From the NCBI GenBank assembly GCA_964546445.1, contig CAZJJY010000001.1:1-51912 (forward strand): DNA of 51,912 bases. The letters run 5' to 3'. The stretch is from an uncultured Gammaproteobacteria bacterium (GTDB taxonomy: Bacteria; Patescibacteriota; Microgenomatia; PFEM01; JAPLYW01). A program made the translations under genes and the position numbers. The notes under the pieces are model-generated. The model saw nothing but the letters and a program-made list of their open reading frames with translations. It was not told the DNA's origin and searched no databases. Shown one piece after another: positions 35,755-45,878 of this stretch; position 1 is the stretch's first letter, and each line of letters begins with the position of its first letter.

Positions 35755-37470
35755 ATGAATTTTAAAGTTTTAGCGGATTTCTTTCTGAAATTGGAAAAAA
35801 CTGCCTCAAGAAACGAAATAACAATTATTCTATCAGAACTTCTGAAAAAATCTTCACAAGATGAGGTTGATAAAGTTTGTTATTTATCTTTAGGAAGATT
35901 GGTTCCTGCCTATAAAGGGCTAGAGTTTAATATGGCCGAAAGGTTAATGTTTAAAGCAGTCGCTAAGGCTTTTAAAAGAGAAGAAGGGGAAATAAAGAGT
36001 CTTTTTAAACAAATTGGTGATTTAGGAGAAGTAGTCTTTAGCCTTAAAAAAAATAATGGGAATGGGACTCTTTCAGTAAATAAAGTTTATGATCTTTTAT
36101 ATGAGATTGCTAAAGAAGGAGGTCAGGGTTCAGTAGAAAGAAAAATAGATAAGACAGCTAATCTTCTCTTTAATTTAGATCCACTTTCAGCTAAATATAT
36201 CAGCAGGATTCCCTTAGGAAAATTGAGATTAGGCTTTTCTGAATTAACTATCTTAGATGCTTTATCTTGGATGATTAGTGAAGATAAGGCACAAAGAAAG
36301 TTGATTGAGTCTATCTATAATGTAAGGGCTGATATTGGTCAAATTGCCAAAATTATTAAAGATAAAGGTTTAAAGGGATTAGGGGGTTTTAAAGTACAAT
36401 TGGGAGTTCCAGTAATTTCTGCTCTATGTCAGAGATTAGCTAATACTGAAGAGATGATTAAGAAAATGGGTAAAGTAGCGGCTGAACCTAAATATGATGG
36501 ATCAAGGCTCCAAGTTCATAAAAATGGTCAAGCAATTAACATGTTTACCAGGAATCTAGAGAATATAACTGATATGTTTCCCGATATAGACAAGGGAGTA
36601 AGGGAAGAGATTAAGACAAAATCGGTTATCTTAGATGGAGAAGCGATTGGCGTTGATCCTAAGACTGGTAAGTTTCTTCCGTTTCAAGAAACGATTAAAA
36701 GAAAAAGGAAATATGGAGTTGGCGAAAAAACAAAAGAGATCCCTTTGAAGTATTTTGTTTTTGATATTTTATATAAAGATGGAAAAGATTTACTGAACCT
36801 ACCTTTTAATAAAAGAAGAGAAATGTTAAAAAGGTTAGTTAAAAATGATAATAAAGTTGTTTGTTTGTCTCCTCAAATGGTAACTCAAAGTCCAAATGAA
36901 CTAAGGAAATTTCATAAAGAACAAATAAAAAAAGGTTTAGAAGGGGTAGTAATCAAAAAATGGGAAGCTCCTTATGATTCAGGTAAGCGTGGCTATACTT
37001 GGGTAAAATTTAAACAAGAGGAAGGTAAAAAAGGCGGTGGTTTAGCTGATACCTTAGACTGTGTTGTCATGGGCTACTATAAAGGGAAGGGGAGAAGGGC
37101 AAAATTTGGTATTGGTGGATTTCTAGTAGGTGTGAAGGAAAAACAAACAAATGATCAGATTTTAACTATTTCTAAAGTTGGGACTGGTTTATCTGATGAG
37201 CAATGGAGAGAAATGAGAGATCGATGCGATAAGGTTAAGACAGAAAAAAAACCAAAGCAGTACAATATTAATAAGAATTTGAATCCAGATCTATGGTGTT
37301 TACCAAAAATTGTTGTTGAAATTGAAGCAGATAATATCACCAAATCGCCCATTCATGCGGCTAAATTAGCCTTAAGATTCCCCCGTTTAGTTCGTTTCAG
37401 AGATGATAAGAGTCCTTCTCAAACGAGTGATCTTAAAGAAGTCCAGAAACTTTTTGATCTACAAAAATAG
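35755..37470 (+). CDS. lig: ATP-dependent DNA ligase, three-domain archaeal/eukaryotic Lig1-like
   Basis: 571-aa ORF. Adenylation motif I EPKYDGSR, motif III ILDGEAIG, motif IV EGVVIKK, motif V WVKFK. A ~230-aa N-terminal region is consistent with a DNA-binding domain. Confidence 0.88.
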   Translation: MNFKVLADFFLKLEKTASRNEITIILSELLKKSSQDEVDKVCYLSLGRLVPAYKGLEFNMAERLMFKAVAKAFKREEGEIKSLFKQIGDLGEVVFSLKKNNGNGTLSVNKVYDLLYEIAKEGGQGSVERKIDKTANLLFNLDPLSAKYISRIPLGKLRLGFSELTILDALSWMISEDKAQRKLIESIYNVRADIGQIAKIIKDKGLKGLGGFKVQLGVPVISALCQRLANTEEMIKKMGKVAAEPKYDGSRLQVHKNGQAINMFTRNLENITDMFPDIDKGVREEIKTKSVILDGEAIGVDPKTGKFLPFQETIKRKRKYGVGEKTKEIPLKYFVFDILYKDGKDLLNLPFNKRREMLKRLVKNDNKVVCLSPQMVTQSPNELRKFHKEQIKKGLEGVVIKKWEAPYDSGKRGYTWVKFKQEEGKKGGGLADTLDCVVMGYYKGKGRRAKFGIGGFLVGVKEKQTNDQILTISKVGTGLSDEQWREMRDRCDKVKTEKKPKQYNINKNLNPDLWCLPKIVVEIEADNITKSPIHAAKLALRFPRLVRFRDDKSPSQTSDLKEVQKLFDLQK

Positions 37471-37496
37471 GTTCTAATTTATGCTAATATTAACAT

Positions 37497-39989
37497 ATGA
37501 AAAAAGATTTCTCTTTTTCAGGTTTAACTTTTCAAGAAGTTAAAAAACGCTTGGAAGAAAATGGGCCTAACGAACTTCGTAAAGCTCGAGAAATTACTAA
37601 TTTAAAGATTATTCTTTCTCAATTTAAATCACCTCTCATCTATATTCTACTTTTGGCGGGGATAGTAACTTTCTTTTTGGGAGAATTTAAAGATACTTTT
37701 GTTATTTTGGGAGCCGTTTCAATTAATACAATTGTTGGTTTTTACCAAGAGCGAAAAGCTCAAAGATCATTAGAAGCTTTGAGGGATCTTTTAACTCCTC
37801 AAACTAAGGTTATTCGCGATGGAAAACAGCAAATAATACAAGCTAAAGATTTAGTGGTGGGAGATTTAGCTGTTTTGACCATTGGGAGTCGTGTCCCAGC
37901 TGATGGAGTTTTATTAGAAGCAACTGATTTGACTATTAATGAAGCTATTTTGACTGGGGAATCAATGCCAGTTGGTAAGGATCAAGCAACTCAGGAAAGT
38001 TTGGAAACTTCTAAGTATAAAAAAGGTAACATAGTTTTTGCCGGAAGCATTATTAGTAGTGGTATTGGCAGAATGTTAGTAACCAAAACAGGGATGAACA
38101 CAGAAATAGGTAAGATTGGTAGGAGAATTGCTAAGTTAGAAGAAGAAAAGACACCATTGCAAATTCAAATTGGGAAATTAGCTAGGTATTTGGCCATTGC
38201 TGTCGGGGTAATAACGGTAGCTTTGTTCATATTTGGCGAATTTTTGGGTTATGGTTTACTAGAAATGTTTACCATTTCTGTGGCTGTAGCTGTGGCGGCT
38301 ATTCCAGAGGGATTACCAATCAGCTTGACCGTTATTTTAGCCTTAGGGATGCAACGTATCTTAAAGAGAAAAGCTTTAGTACGTAAACTTTTAGCCGCCG
38401 AAACACTTGGATCAGTAAGTGTTATTTGTGCCGATAAAACGGGGACTTTAACAGAGGGTCAAATGAGGGTAGTGGAATCTGTTTTAAATGATGAAAATGA
38501 GAGTAAAGATTTATTAACTAAGGCGGCAATTTTATGTAATGATATGAGGGATCCATTAGAAACGTCAATGAGAATTTGGGCAGAAGAAAAGATGGATGTT
38601 GTCAAACTCCAAAAAGATTATCCTCGTTTAGATGAGATACCTTTTAATCCTAAATATAAATATGTTGCAACCTTGCATCAAGGTAAAAAAGATAATTTAC
38701 TCTTTTTCTCTGGAGCGCCAGAAATAATTTTACATAGATCTAGTTTGACTAAGGAAGAGATTAAAAATTGGGAAGAAAAATTCAAACAACTGGCTGAAAA
38801 AGGCTATAGATTAGTTGGTTTTGCTTATAAAAATTCAAAACTAGAAGAAATAGAACGTAAAAATCTTCACGAATTTAATTGGTTAGGTGTTTTAGTTTAT
38901 GAAGACCCAATTAGAGAAGGGGTAAAATTAATCCTAAAACAAACTCAGGAAGCGAATATAAAGATTAAGGTTATTACAGGTGATTATCCTGCGACTGCTT
39001 TGGCAGTTTTAAAAAAGCTCAATTTAGCTGATAAGGGAAAAGTTTTAGAAGGGAAAGATTTGGAAGAAATGACTGAGAAAGATATTCAGCAAAAAGTAAA
39101 AGAGGTTATCTTGTTTGCCAGAACAACTCCGGAACAAAAATTAAAAATAGTCAAAGCCTTAAAAGCTAATGGTGAAGTAGTGGCCATGATGGGGGATGGG
39201 GTTAATGATGCGCCGGCTTTAAAGCAGGCGGATATAGGTATTGTTGTTGGTCAATCTGCTGATGTAGCTAGACAAACAGCCGATATTGTTCTTCTTGATT
39301 CTAATTTTGCCACTATTTTTAAGGCCATTGAAAGTGGTCGGGCAATGTTTGAAAATATTAGGAAAGTAGTTTTATACCTTTTCTCTGATAGTTTTTCAGA
39401 GGTTATTTTAATTGGAGGTTCTTTGTTTTTAGGTTTGCCATTACCGGTGACAGCCGTCCAGATTCTTTGGGTTAATCTGGTCCAAGATAGTTTTCCGGCT
39501 ATTTCTTTAGCTTTTGAACGTCAAGAAAAAGGGATTATGCAAGAGTTACCAAGGAAGAAAGAGACTCCAATTTTAGATAGTGAACTTAAATTTTTAGTTT
39601 TTGTTATTGGGATGTTGACTAATTTTATTCTTTTAGGCTTGTTTTATTTATTAGCCAAAGGCTATTTAGTTCTTGTTGACACGAGAACGGTGATGTTTGT
39701 TGCTTTAGGAATTGATTCTTTATTTGTTATTTTCGCTTGTCGTAGTTTACGTCGACCAATCTTTAGTTTTAACCCTTTCAGTAATAAAATTCTTACCTTA
39801 TCTGTGGCTATTGGTTTAGCTCTTATTCTTGGAGCGGTTTATCTTGCTCCCTTACAGAGACTTTTAGGAACGCAGCCTTTGGGGATAAGAGAATGGATTT
39901 TTCTTATTAGTTTAGGCATTTTTAATATATTGGCAATTGAAATTACCAAAGGTATCTTTATTGCTTCTAAAAAAAGGAGAAATAAATGA
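37497..39989 (+). CDS. P-type cation-transporting ATPase (P2, Ca2+-type)
   Basis: 830-aa ORF with TGES, the phosphorylation site CADKTGTLT, TGDYPATA and GDGVNDAPAL, plus 10 predicted TM segments. Confidence 0.88.
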   Translation: MKKDFSFSGLTFQEVKKRLEENGPNELRKAREITNLKIILSQFKSPLIYILLLAGIVTFFLGEFKDTFVILGAVSINTIVGFYQERKAQRSLEALRDLLTPQTKVIRDGKQQIIQAKDLVVGDLAVLTIGSRVPADGVLLEATDLTINEAILTGESMPVGKDQATQESLETSKYKKGNIVFAGSIISSGIGRMLVTKTGMNTEIGKIGRRIAKLEEEKTPLQIQIGKLARYLAIAVGVITVALFIFGEFLGYGLLEMFTISVAVAVAAIPEGLPISLTVILALGMQRILKRKALVRKLLAAETLGSVSVICADKTGTLTEGQMRVVESVLNDENESKDLLTKAAILCNDMRDPLETSMRIWAEEKMDVVKLQKDYPRLDEIPFNPKYKYVATLHQGKKDNLLFFSGAPEIILHRSSLTKEEIKNWEEKFKQLAEKGYRLVGFAYKNSKLEEIERKNLHEFNWLGVLVYEDPIREGVKLILKQTQEANIKIKVITGDYPATALAVLKKLNLADKGKVLEGKDLEEMTEKDIQQKVKEVILFARTTPEQKLKIVKALKANGEVVAMMGDGVNDAPALKQADIGIVVGQSADVARQTADIVLLDSNFATIFKAIESGRAMFENIRKVVLYLFSDSFSEVILIGGSLFLGLPLPVTAVQILWVNLVQDSFPAISLAFERQEKGIMQELPRKKETPILDSELKFLVFVIGMLTNFILLGLFYLLAKGYLVLVDTRTVMFVALGIDSLFVIFACRSLRRPIFSFNPFSNKILTLSVAIGLALILGAVYLAPLQRLLGTQPLGIREWIFLISLGIFNILAIEITKGIFIASKKRRNK

Positions 39990-40948
39990 TAATTGTCTTT
40001 TACTTAGTTTTAATATTTTTCTTTGCTTTTTTATTAGTTAAGGCAACTGATATTTTAATCGTTAATTTTCGTGCGTTATCTTTAAAAACAAAGTTAGGTA
40101 AATTTGCTTTAACAAGTTTAATTTTAGGGTTAGCGACTAGTTTGCCTGAACTTTTTGTTGGCTTGAGTTCGGCTTTTAATAATCAACCAATTCTTTCTTT
40201 AGGCAATATCATCGGGGCTAATATTGCTAATTTGTCCTTAGTTCTGGGTGGAGCAGCTTTAGTGGTGGGGCTAATAAATATTAAAGAAGGTTTTATTCGT
40301 CGGGACATTTTCTACGCCTTTTTGGCTGCTTCAGCCCCAATGATCCTTTTATTTGATAAGTTTTTATCTCGGATTGATGGTTTAATCTTACTTGTTTTTT
40401 ATATTTTTTATCAAGTTGTTATCTTTAGTGAAAGACGTGGGGGGTTGGTCAAAGAAAAAGTTAGCATTGTTAAACGCTTTTTAAGAAAAGTTGGACAAAA
40501 AGAAACGAAAAAAGAAATAGTCTGGATTTTTATTGGTATTATTCTGCTTCTGATTTCAGCTAATATTTTAGTTATATTAGCTTCTAGATTAGCTATTGTT
40601 TTTAATTTACCTCTGTTTTTGGTAGGTCTTTTGATTGTGGCTGCAGGGACAACATTACCAGAATTAGTTTTTAGTATAAAAACTCTTAAGGAAGGACAAA
40701 AAGAAATGTTTTTTGGTAATTTGTTGGGTTCAATTGTTACCAATGGAACTTTAGTTATTGGTTTAGTAGCCTTGATTTCTCCTTTTCGTATCCAGGCTTT
40801 TTCTGATTACCTTTTAGCCACAATGGCTTTCTTAATAATTTTTGGTATCCTTTTCTTTTTTATTAAGACTAAACAAAAGTTAGAACGTTGGGAAGGGGTG
40901 GTACTTTTACTTATTTATTTGCTTTTTGTTTTCTTAGAAACTTTTTAA
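39986..40948 (+). CDS. CaCA-family sodium/calcium exchanger (YrbG-like)
   Basis: 320-aa polytopic ORF with two alpha-repeats, GLATSLPELFVG and AAGTTLPELVFS. ATGA overlap with the P-type ATPase. Confidence 0.8.
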   Translation: MIIVFYLVLIFFFAFLLVKATDILIVNFRALSLKTKLGKFALTSLILGLATSLPELFVGLSSAFNNQPILSLGNIIGANIANLSLVLGGAALVVGLINIKEGFIRRDIFYAFLAASAPMILLFDKFLSRIDGLILLVFYIFYQVVIFSERRGGLVKEKVSIVKRFLRKVGQKETKKEIVWIFIGIILLLISANILVILASRLAIVFNLPLFLVGLLIVAAGTTLPELVFSIKTLKEGQKEMFFGNLLGSIVTNGTLVIGLVALISPFRIQAFSDYLLATMAFLIIFGILFFFIKTKQKLERWEGVVLLLIYLLFVFLETF

Positions 40949-41044
40949 AATAAAAAAACGGAGAAAAAAATAGCTGATTTATATCTTGACAAAGAAGGGG
41001 CGGTATGGAACGATAAAACTAGAGAAGGGAGGTGAAAAAACTTA

Positions 41045-41353
41045 ATGGCGGGAACTGGTCTTCCTAAAAAAACTGCTGCAGCTTTAACCTATGTTTTAGG
41101 TTGGGTGACAGGAATAATTTTTCTTATAGTTGAGAAAGATTCTTTTGTTCGTTTCCACGCTGCTCAATCCGTAGTTACTTTCGGTATTCTAACAATTATT
41201 GTCGTTATTCCTTTCCTTTGGTTCTTTGTTCCTATTGTTTGGATTGTTGGTTTCGTTCTTTGGTTAGTTTTAATTTATAAAGCTTATCAGGGAGAAGAAT
41301 TTAAACTTCCTTGGGTTGGTGATCTAGCTAAAAAACTTTTAGGTAAGATCTAA
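41045..41353 (+). CDS. DUF4870-like small membrane protein
   Basis: 102-aa ORF; AALTYVLGWVTGIIFLIVEKDSFVRFHAAQS is typical of that family (from memory). Confidence 0.5.
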   Translation: MAGTGLPKKTAAALTYVLGWVTGIIFLIVEKDSFVRFHAAQSVVTFGILTIIVVIPFLWFFVPIVWIVGFVLWLVLIYKAYQGEEFKLPWVGDLAKKLLGKI

Positions 41354-41378
41354 TTTTACTTAGAAGATTTATTTAAAG

Positions 41379-41401
41379 CCGTTCCTTTGCGGACGGTTTT
41401 T
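41379..41401 (+). terminator. Rho-independent terminator
   Basis: Stem CCGTTC/GGACGG (one G-U pair), 6-nt loop, then TTTTT. Confidence 0.55.
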
Positions 41402-41421
41402 GTATGTTAGAATAGATTACA

Positions 41422-42048
41422 GTGTTGTTTAAAAACAGAATAATTGCTGGTCAGCAATTAGCCGAAAAATTATCTTCCTTAAAAGATCAAAAAAATGTTA
41501 TTATCTTGGGTATTCCTCGAGGAGGTGTGGTTGTGGCTAAAGAAATATCTAAATTATTAAGTGCTCCTTTAGACATAATTGTGACTAAAAAAATTCCTAC
41601 TCCTTCACATCCTGAATTAGCTTTGGGAGCAGTAGGAACAATTGGTGAACCGGTGATTGATGAGGAGTTAGCCAAGAAAATGCAGGCTGATCAAAAATAT
41701 CTTGATGATCAGATTATTCAATTAAGAAAAATGGTTATAGAAAAAGAAAAGCAATTTCGTCAAGAAAAACCATTTTTGGATCTTAAAGGAAAAGCAGTTA
41801 TTTTGGTAGACGATGGTGTTGCCACTGGGTCAACTATTATGGCCGCCATAGAGATTATAAGGCAGAGTAATCCAAATAAGATAATTATTGCTACTCCTGT
41901 TATTGCCAAAGACACCTTATCTAAAATAGAAAAATTAGCTGATGAAGTTATTTATTTACAGGCTCCGTCATTATTTTTTGCCGTTGGGCAATTTTACAAA
42001 GATTTTGAACAAGTCTTGGATAATGAAGTAAAATACTTATTAAAGTGA
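41422..42048 (+). CDS. Phosphoribosyltransferase-family protein
   Basis: 208-aa ORF with a GTG start and the PRPP-binding loop VILVDDGVATGSTI. Confidence 0.7.
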   Translation: MLFKNRIIAGQQLAEKLSSLKDQKNVIILGIPRGGVVVAKEISKLLSAPLDIIVTKKIPTPSHPELALGAVGTIGEPVIDEELAKKMQADQKYLDDQIIQLRKMVIEKEKQFRQEKPFLDLKGKAVILVDDGVATGSTIMAAIEIIRQSNPNKIIIATPVIAKDTLSKIEKLADEVIYLQAPSLFFAVGQFYKDFEQVLDNEVKYLLK

Positions 42049-42590
42049 TTTTAATTGTTGGTTTAGGTAATCCAGGTAAAAAGTATCAGAACACTCGCCA
42101 TAATTTAGGATTTATGGTTTTAGATAAGTTGGCCAATAGTTCTTGGATTAAAAAAGATAAATTCAAGTCATTGGTTTCTTTTCTAGATAAAGATACTATT
42201 TTAGTTAAACCTCAGGCTTTTATGAATAATTCAGGTGAAGCTGTGGCAAAGATAGCTTCTTTTTATAAAATAGACCCTTCTGATATTTGGATAGTTCATG
42301 ATGATCTTGACTTAAAAACTGGCCAACTTAAAATTAAAATTGGAGGTGGGACAGCTGGGCATAAAGGTTTAGAATCAATTATTTCTTATTTAAAAACTCA
42401 AGATTTCGTTAGATTTAGATTGGGGATTAATCATCCATCTTTAGAGATATCTGTAGAAAAATATGTTCTTTTACCATTTAAGAAAGAAGAAAGAGAGTTA
42501 ATAGATAATTTAGTAAAAGAAACAAGAGAAGCGATTAAATTAGCTTTAAAAGAAGGGTTAACTACAGTTATGAATAGATTTAATAAATGA
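42045..42590 (+). CDS. pth: Peptidyl-tRNA hydrolase
   Basis: 181-aa ORF with IVGLGNPGKKYQNTRHNLGF and VHDDLDL. Confidence 0.92.
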   Translation: MILIVGLGNPGKKYQNTRHNLGFMVLDKLANSSWIKKDKFKSLVSFLDKDTILVKPQAFMNNSGEAVAKIASFYKIDPSDIWIVHDDLDLKTGQLKIKIGGGTAGHKGLESIISYLKTQDFVRFRLGINHPSLEISVEKYVLLPFKKEERELIDNLVKETREAIKLALKEGLTTVMNRFNK

Positions 42591-43747
42591 AAATAAAAAC
42601 GTCTTTTACACCTATCGTTTTAACAACTGCTTCTAGAAGAATGGCCTATGGTCTTTTAGGCCTTTTTTCTCCTATTTATATTTTTCAGCTTATTGTTGAT
42701 ATGGCTGATGGAGGAAAAAGCATTAAGTTTGCTATTTTAGGAGTTTTATTTTATGCACTAGCTTTTTATTTAGTAAAACTTCTTACTTTTCCTTTATCTG
42801 AAAATCTTTCTTATAAATTAGGTTTTAAAAACGTTGTGATTCTTTCGACTATCCCACTTTTAATTTTTATTGTTTGTTTATTTCTAGCCAAAGAGAATCT
42901 TTTATTTTTAGGTCTAGCGGCTTTATTTGGAGGAATGGAATCGGCTTTGTTTTGGTTTGGTTATCATGGTTTGTTTATTAAGTCTGTGAATGAACATTCT
43001 TTTGGTTTTAGCGAAGGTATCTGTCGGGCTGTTGGTATTTTAACCTTAACTATCACTCCTATCTTAGGAAGTGTCTTAGTCTTGACCTGGGGATTTTGGA
43101 GTCTTTTTATAGTGGCCGCTTTCTTTTCTCTGATTTCGGCTTTGGTGATTTCATTTTCTCCTGAAGTAAAACCGTATCGCGATGTTAGTATGTTAAGGGT
43201 TTTGGGCCTTTTTAAGAAGAATTTGAGGCCTTTTGGAGCCTATTTAGGTCACGGAGGAGAGTTTGCCGTTTATGGTAGTATTTGGCCTATTTTTTTAATT
43301 TTAGTTTTAGGTGACATTCTAAGTTTTGGTGGGGTTATTTCTGGTGGTATTTTACTTGCTTTTTTGGTGACTTTAGCAATTGGCAAATGGGTGGATAAGG
43401 CAAAGGGAAGGAGTATTGTTACTTTAGGCTCATTGCTAAGTAGTCTTTCCTGGATTTTCAGAATAGTTGCTCGTTTCCCTTTATTTATTGTTGGCGTTGA
43501 TGGCCTTTATAGAATTACAGAGCAAATGTTATCTATCCCTATGGATGTCGAATCTTATAAAAAAGCCTTACGAGGTTGGGTAAGTCATGCCTTGTATTTT
43601 AGAGAAATAGCACTATGCTTGGGTTCAGTTTTAGCTTTAACTCTTTCAATTATTCTGATCTCTCTAGATTTACCTTTATGGTCTCCTTTTATAGTTGGTT
43701 TTTTTGGTAGTCTAGCTCCTATTTTAATGAGAAAAGAGCTTAAATGA
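42587..43747 (+). CDS. Polytopic membrane protein, MFS-transporter-like
   Basis: 386-aa ORF with ~10-12 hydrophobic segments. No diagnostic motif recognised. Confidence 0.4.
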   Translation: MKIKTSFTPIVLTTASRRMAYGLLGLFSPIYIFQLIVDMADGGKSIKFAILGVLFYALAFYLVKLLTFPLSENLSYKLGFKNVVILSTIPLLIFIVCLFLAKENLLFLGLAALFGGMESALFWFGYHGLFIKSVNEHSFGFSEGICRAVGILTLTITPILGSVLVLTWGFWSLFIVAAFFSLISALVISFSPEVKPYRDVSMLRVLGLFKKNLRPFGAYLGHGGEFAVYGSIWPIFLILVLGDILSFGGVISGGILLAFLVTLAIGKWVDKAKGRSIVTLGSLLSSLSWIFRIVARFPLFIVGVDGLYRITEQMLSIPMDVESYKKALRGWVSHALYFREIALCLGSVLALTLSIILISLDLPLWSPFIVGFFGSLAPILMRKELK

Positions 43748-44034
43748 TAAAAAAGAAAAAAGATTTTTATTCCATTAAAGACGTTTTATCAAAAATAGAT
43801 TTGAAAAAGAATAAATATATTAGTCGTGAATTTCAAGATTATGGTTATCGTTTAGCCGAGGAACTTAATGATTTAAAACGTGTAGCCTTATATATTAAAT
43901 ATGCTAAAGAGATGCCTCGAGGTCTTCTTGAAAAAGCTAGAAACTTTGTTAAAGATGCCAATAATGTCAAAAACCAAGCAAGCTTGTTTATGTGGAAGCT
44001 TCAGCAGTTAAAGAAAGAAATTAAAAAAAAGTAG
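43744..44034 (+). CDS. Hypothetical basic protein
   Basis: 96-aa ORF with an ATGA overlap upstream. Lys-rich ends and no recognised motif. Confidence 0.35.
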   Translation: MIKKKKDFYSIKDVLSKIDLKKNKYISREFQDYGYRLAEELNDLKRVALYIKYAKEMPRGLLEKARNFVKDANNVKNQASLFMWKLQQLKKEIKKK

Positions 44035-44116
44035 TTTTTGTTTATTAGGTTCATAGATAGATATTAGATAGAGCTTGGTTGGGGAATATTTTTATGTTAG
44101 GCTAGAAAAGTAGACC

Positions 44117-44665
44117 ATGTTTAAAAAAGAATTATTTAAACGTCTTTTAGTAACTTCAATCTGGTTGATTACTATTGTTTTACTGAGGTGGGATTGGCAT
44201 TGGAGTTTAATCGGTTTCTTTTTAGGAGGCTTTCTAGGTGTTTTCCTTATTGAAATAGATCATTTTTTGTATGTTTTGCTAAGTAATCCTCATGAATTAA
44301 CCGGTCAAAGAGTAAAAAGGTTGTTAGAACAAAAAAACTTTAAGCAAATAATCCCCTTAGTTTTTGATACCTATGAAGAAAGAAAAAGACTGGCCTTTCA
44401 CAATGCTTTGTTTCAGGTTATTCTATATGCCCTTTGTTTCTTTACCATTACCTCTACAGATAATCTATTTGGCTCTAGCTTATTAATGGTGATGTCTTTG
44501 ATGATTCTTAAAGATGAAATAACAGATTGGTTAAAAGATAAGGAACAAAGTCTTAATAATTGGCTGTTTTGGCCAATTAAACAAGAGATTTCTTTACAAC
44601 AACAAAGACTTTTTATTGCTGTGATGGCCTTGTTTTCTTTGTTATTAAGTTTTTTATTAATTTAG
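44117..44665 (+). CDS. Hypothetical membrane protein
   Basis: 182-aa ORF with ~4-5 hydrophobic segments. Confidence 0.35.
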   Translation: MFKKELFKRLLVTSIWLITIVLLRWDWHWSLIGFFLGGFLGVFLIEIDHFLYVLLSNPHELTGQRVKRLLEQKNFKQIIPLVFDTYEERKRLAFHNALFQVILYALCFFTITSTDNLFGSSLLMVMSLMILKDEITDWLKDKEQSLNNWLFWPIKQEISLQQQRLFIAVMALFSLLLSFLLI

Positions 44666-44723
44666 TCTCTTTATCTAATTTTTTGATTAGGTTAATATAA
44701 AAAGAGAGGGAAGTGAGAAAAAA

Positions 44724-45482
44724 ATGTTTGATTTAAAAGGAAAAAAAGCTTTAGTTACTGGTGCCTCTAGGGGTATTGGTAAAGGTATCGCTTTAGTTTT
44801 GGCTAAACAAGGGGCTGATGTGGCCGTTAATTATCGTTCCAAAGAGGATTTAGCCCAACAAGTTGTTTCTGAGATAAAAGCATTAGGAAGAGACTCTTTT
44901 GTCGTTCAGGCTGATGTTTCTAAGTCTGATCAAGTTAAGGGAATGTTTGAAGGAATAAAGAGTAAGTGGGGAAAGCTAGATATTTTAGTTAATAATGCTG
45001 GTATTCTTCAATTTGCGCCTTTTGAACAATTAACAGAAGAACAATGGGATAGCACCTTGGATGTTAACTTAAAAGGACAATTCTTATGTTCTCAAGAGGC
45101 AATTAAGTTAATGACGGACGGAGGCAGAATTATTAATATTGCCTCTATTTCCTCTGGCGGAGTAGGAGTTGGCTTTCCAACAATTGCTCATTACACAGCT
45201 TCTAAAGGGGGTGTAATTGCTTTGACAGAAAATATGGCCATAGATTTAGCGGCTAAGAATATTAACGTAAATGCTATTGCTCCAGGAGTCATTGATACAG
45301 ATATGACTGATAGCATGCTCGCAGATGAGAAATCAAAAGCAGAGTTAATGGCTAGAATTGCTAAAAAAAGATTAGGTAAACCTGAAGATATTGGTGCTAC
45401 CGCTGCCTTTCTGTCTTCTGATGAGGCAGATTATATTACCGGTAGTGTTATTTATGTTGACGGTGGTTGGTTGGCGGGTTAA
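44724..45482 (+). CDS. Short-chain dehydrogenase/reductase (FabG-like)
   Basis: 252-aa ORF with TGASRGIGKG, NNAG and the catalytic YTASK. Confidence 0.85.
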   Translation: MFDLKGKKALVTGASRGIGKGIALVLAKQGADVAVNYRSKEDLAQQVVSEIKALGRDSFVVQADVSKSDQVKGMFEGIKSKWGKLDILVNNAGILQFAPFEQLTEEQWDSTLDVNLKGQFLCSQEAIKLMTDGGRIINIASISSGGVGVGFPTIAHYTASKGGVIALTENMAIDLAAKNINVNAIAPGVIDTDMTDSMLADEKSKAELMARIAKKRLGKPEDIGATAAFLSSDEADYITGSVIYVDGGWLAG

Positions 45483-45560
45483 AATAGAATATTCCAGTTA
45501 AACTCATACTAAGTTAGTAGTTGTTTGATTTTTATTTATTTTTATAAGAAAGGAAATATT

Positions 45561-45878
45561 ATGCAATTAAATGATCAAAATTTTGAAAAAGAAGTTTTAA
45601 AATCTAATATTCCAGTCTTGGTTGATTTTTGGGCAAATTGGTGTGGTCCTTGTAAAATGGCTGGACCAGTTATCGATCAATTAGAAAAAGATTATGCTGG
45701 TAAAATTAAGGTAGGGAAGTTAGATGTTGATGAAAATCCACAAATATCGCAAAAATATGCAGTTATGAGTATTCCTACGGTAATTATTTTTAAAGATGGT
45801 AAAGAAATTAAAAGACAAGTGGGTTTTTCTGGAAAAGAAGGTTATATTAAAATATTAGAGGAGGCTTTAAAAGAATAA
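45561..45878 (+). CDS. trxA: Thioredoxin
   Basis: WCGPCK active site. The ATG at 45561 is preceded by AAGGAAA; the track start at 45525 only adds an AT-rich extension. Confidence 0.9.
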   Translation: MQLNDQNFEKEVLKSNIPVLVDFWANWCGPCKMAGPVIDQLEKDYAGKIKVGKLDVDENPQISQKYAVMSIPTVIIFKDGKEIKRQVGFSGKEGYIKILEEALKE

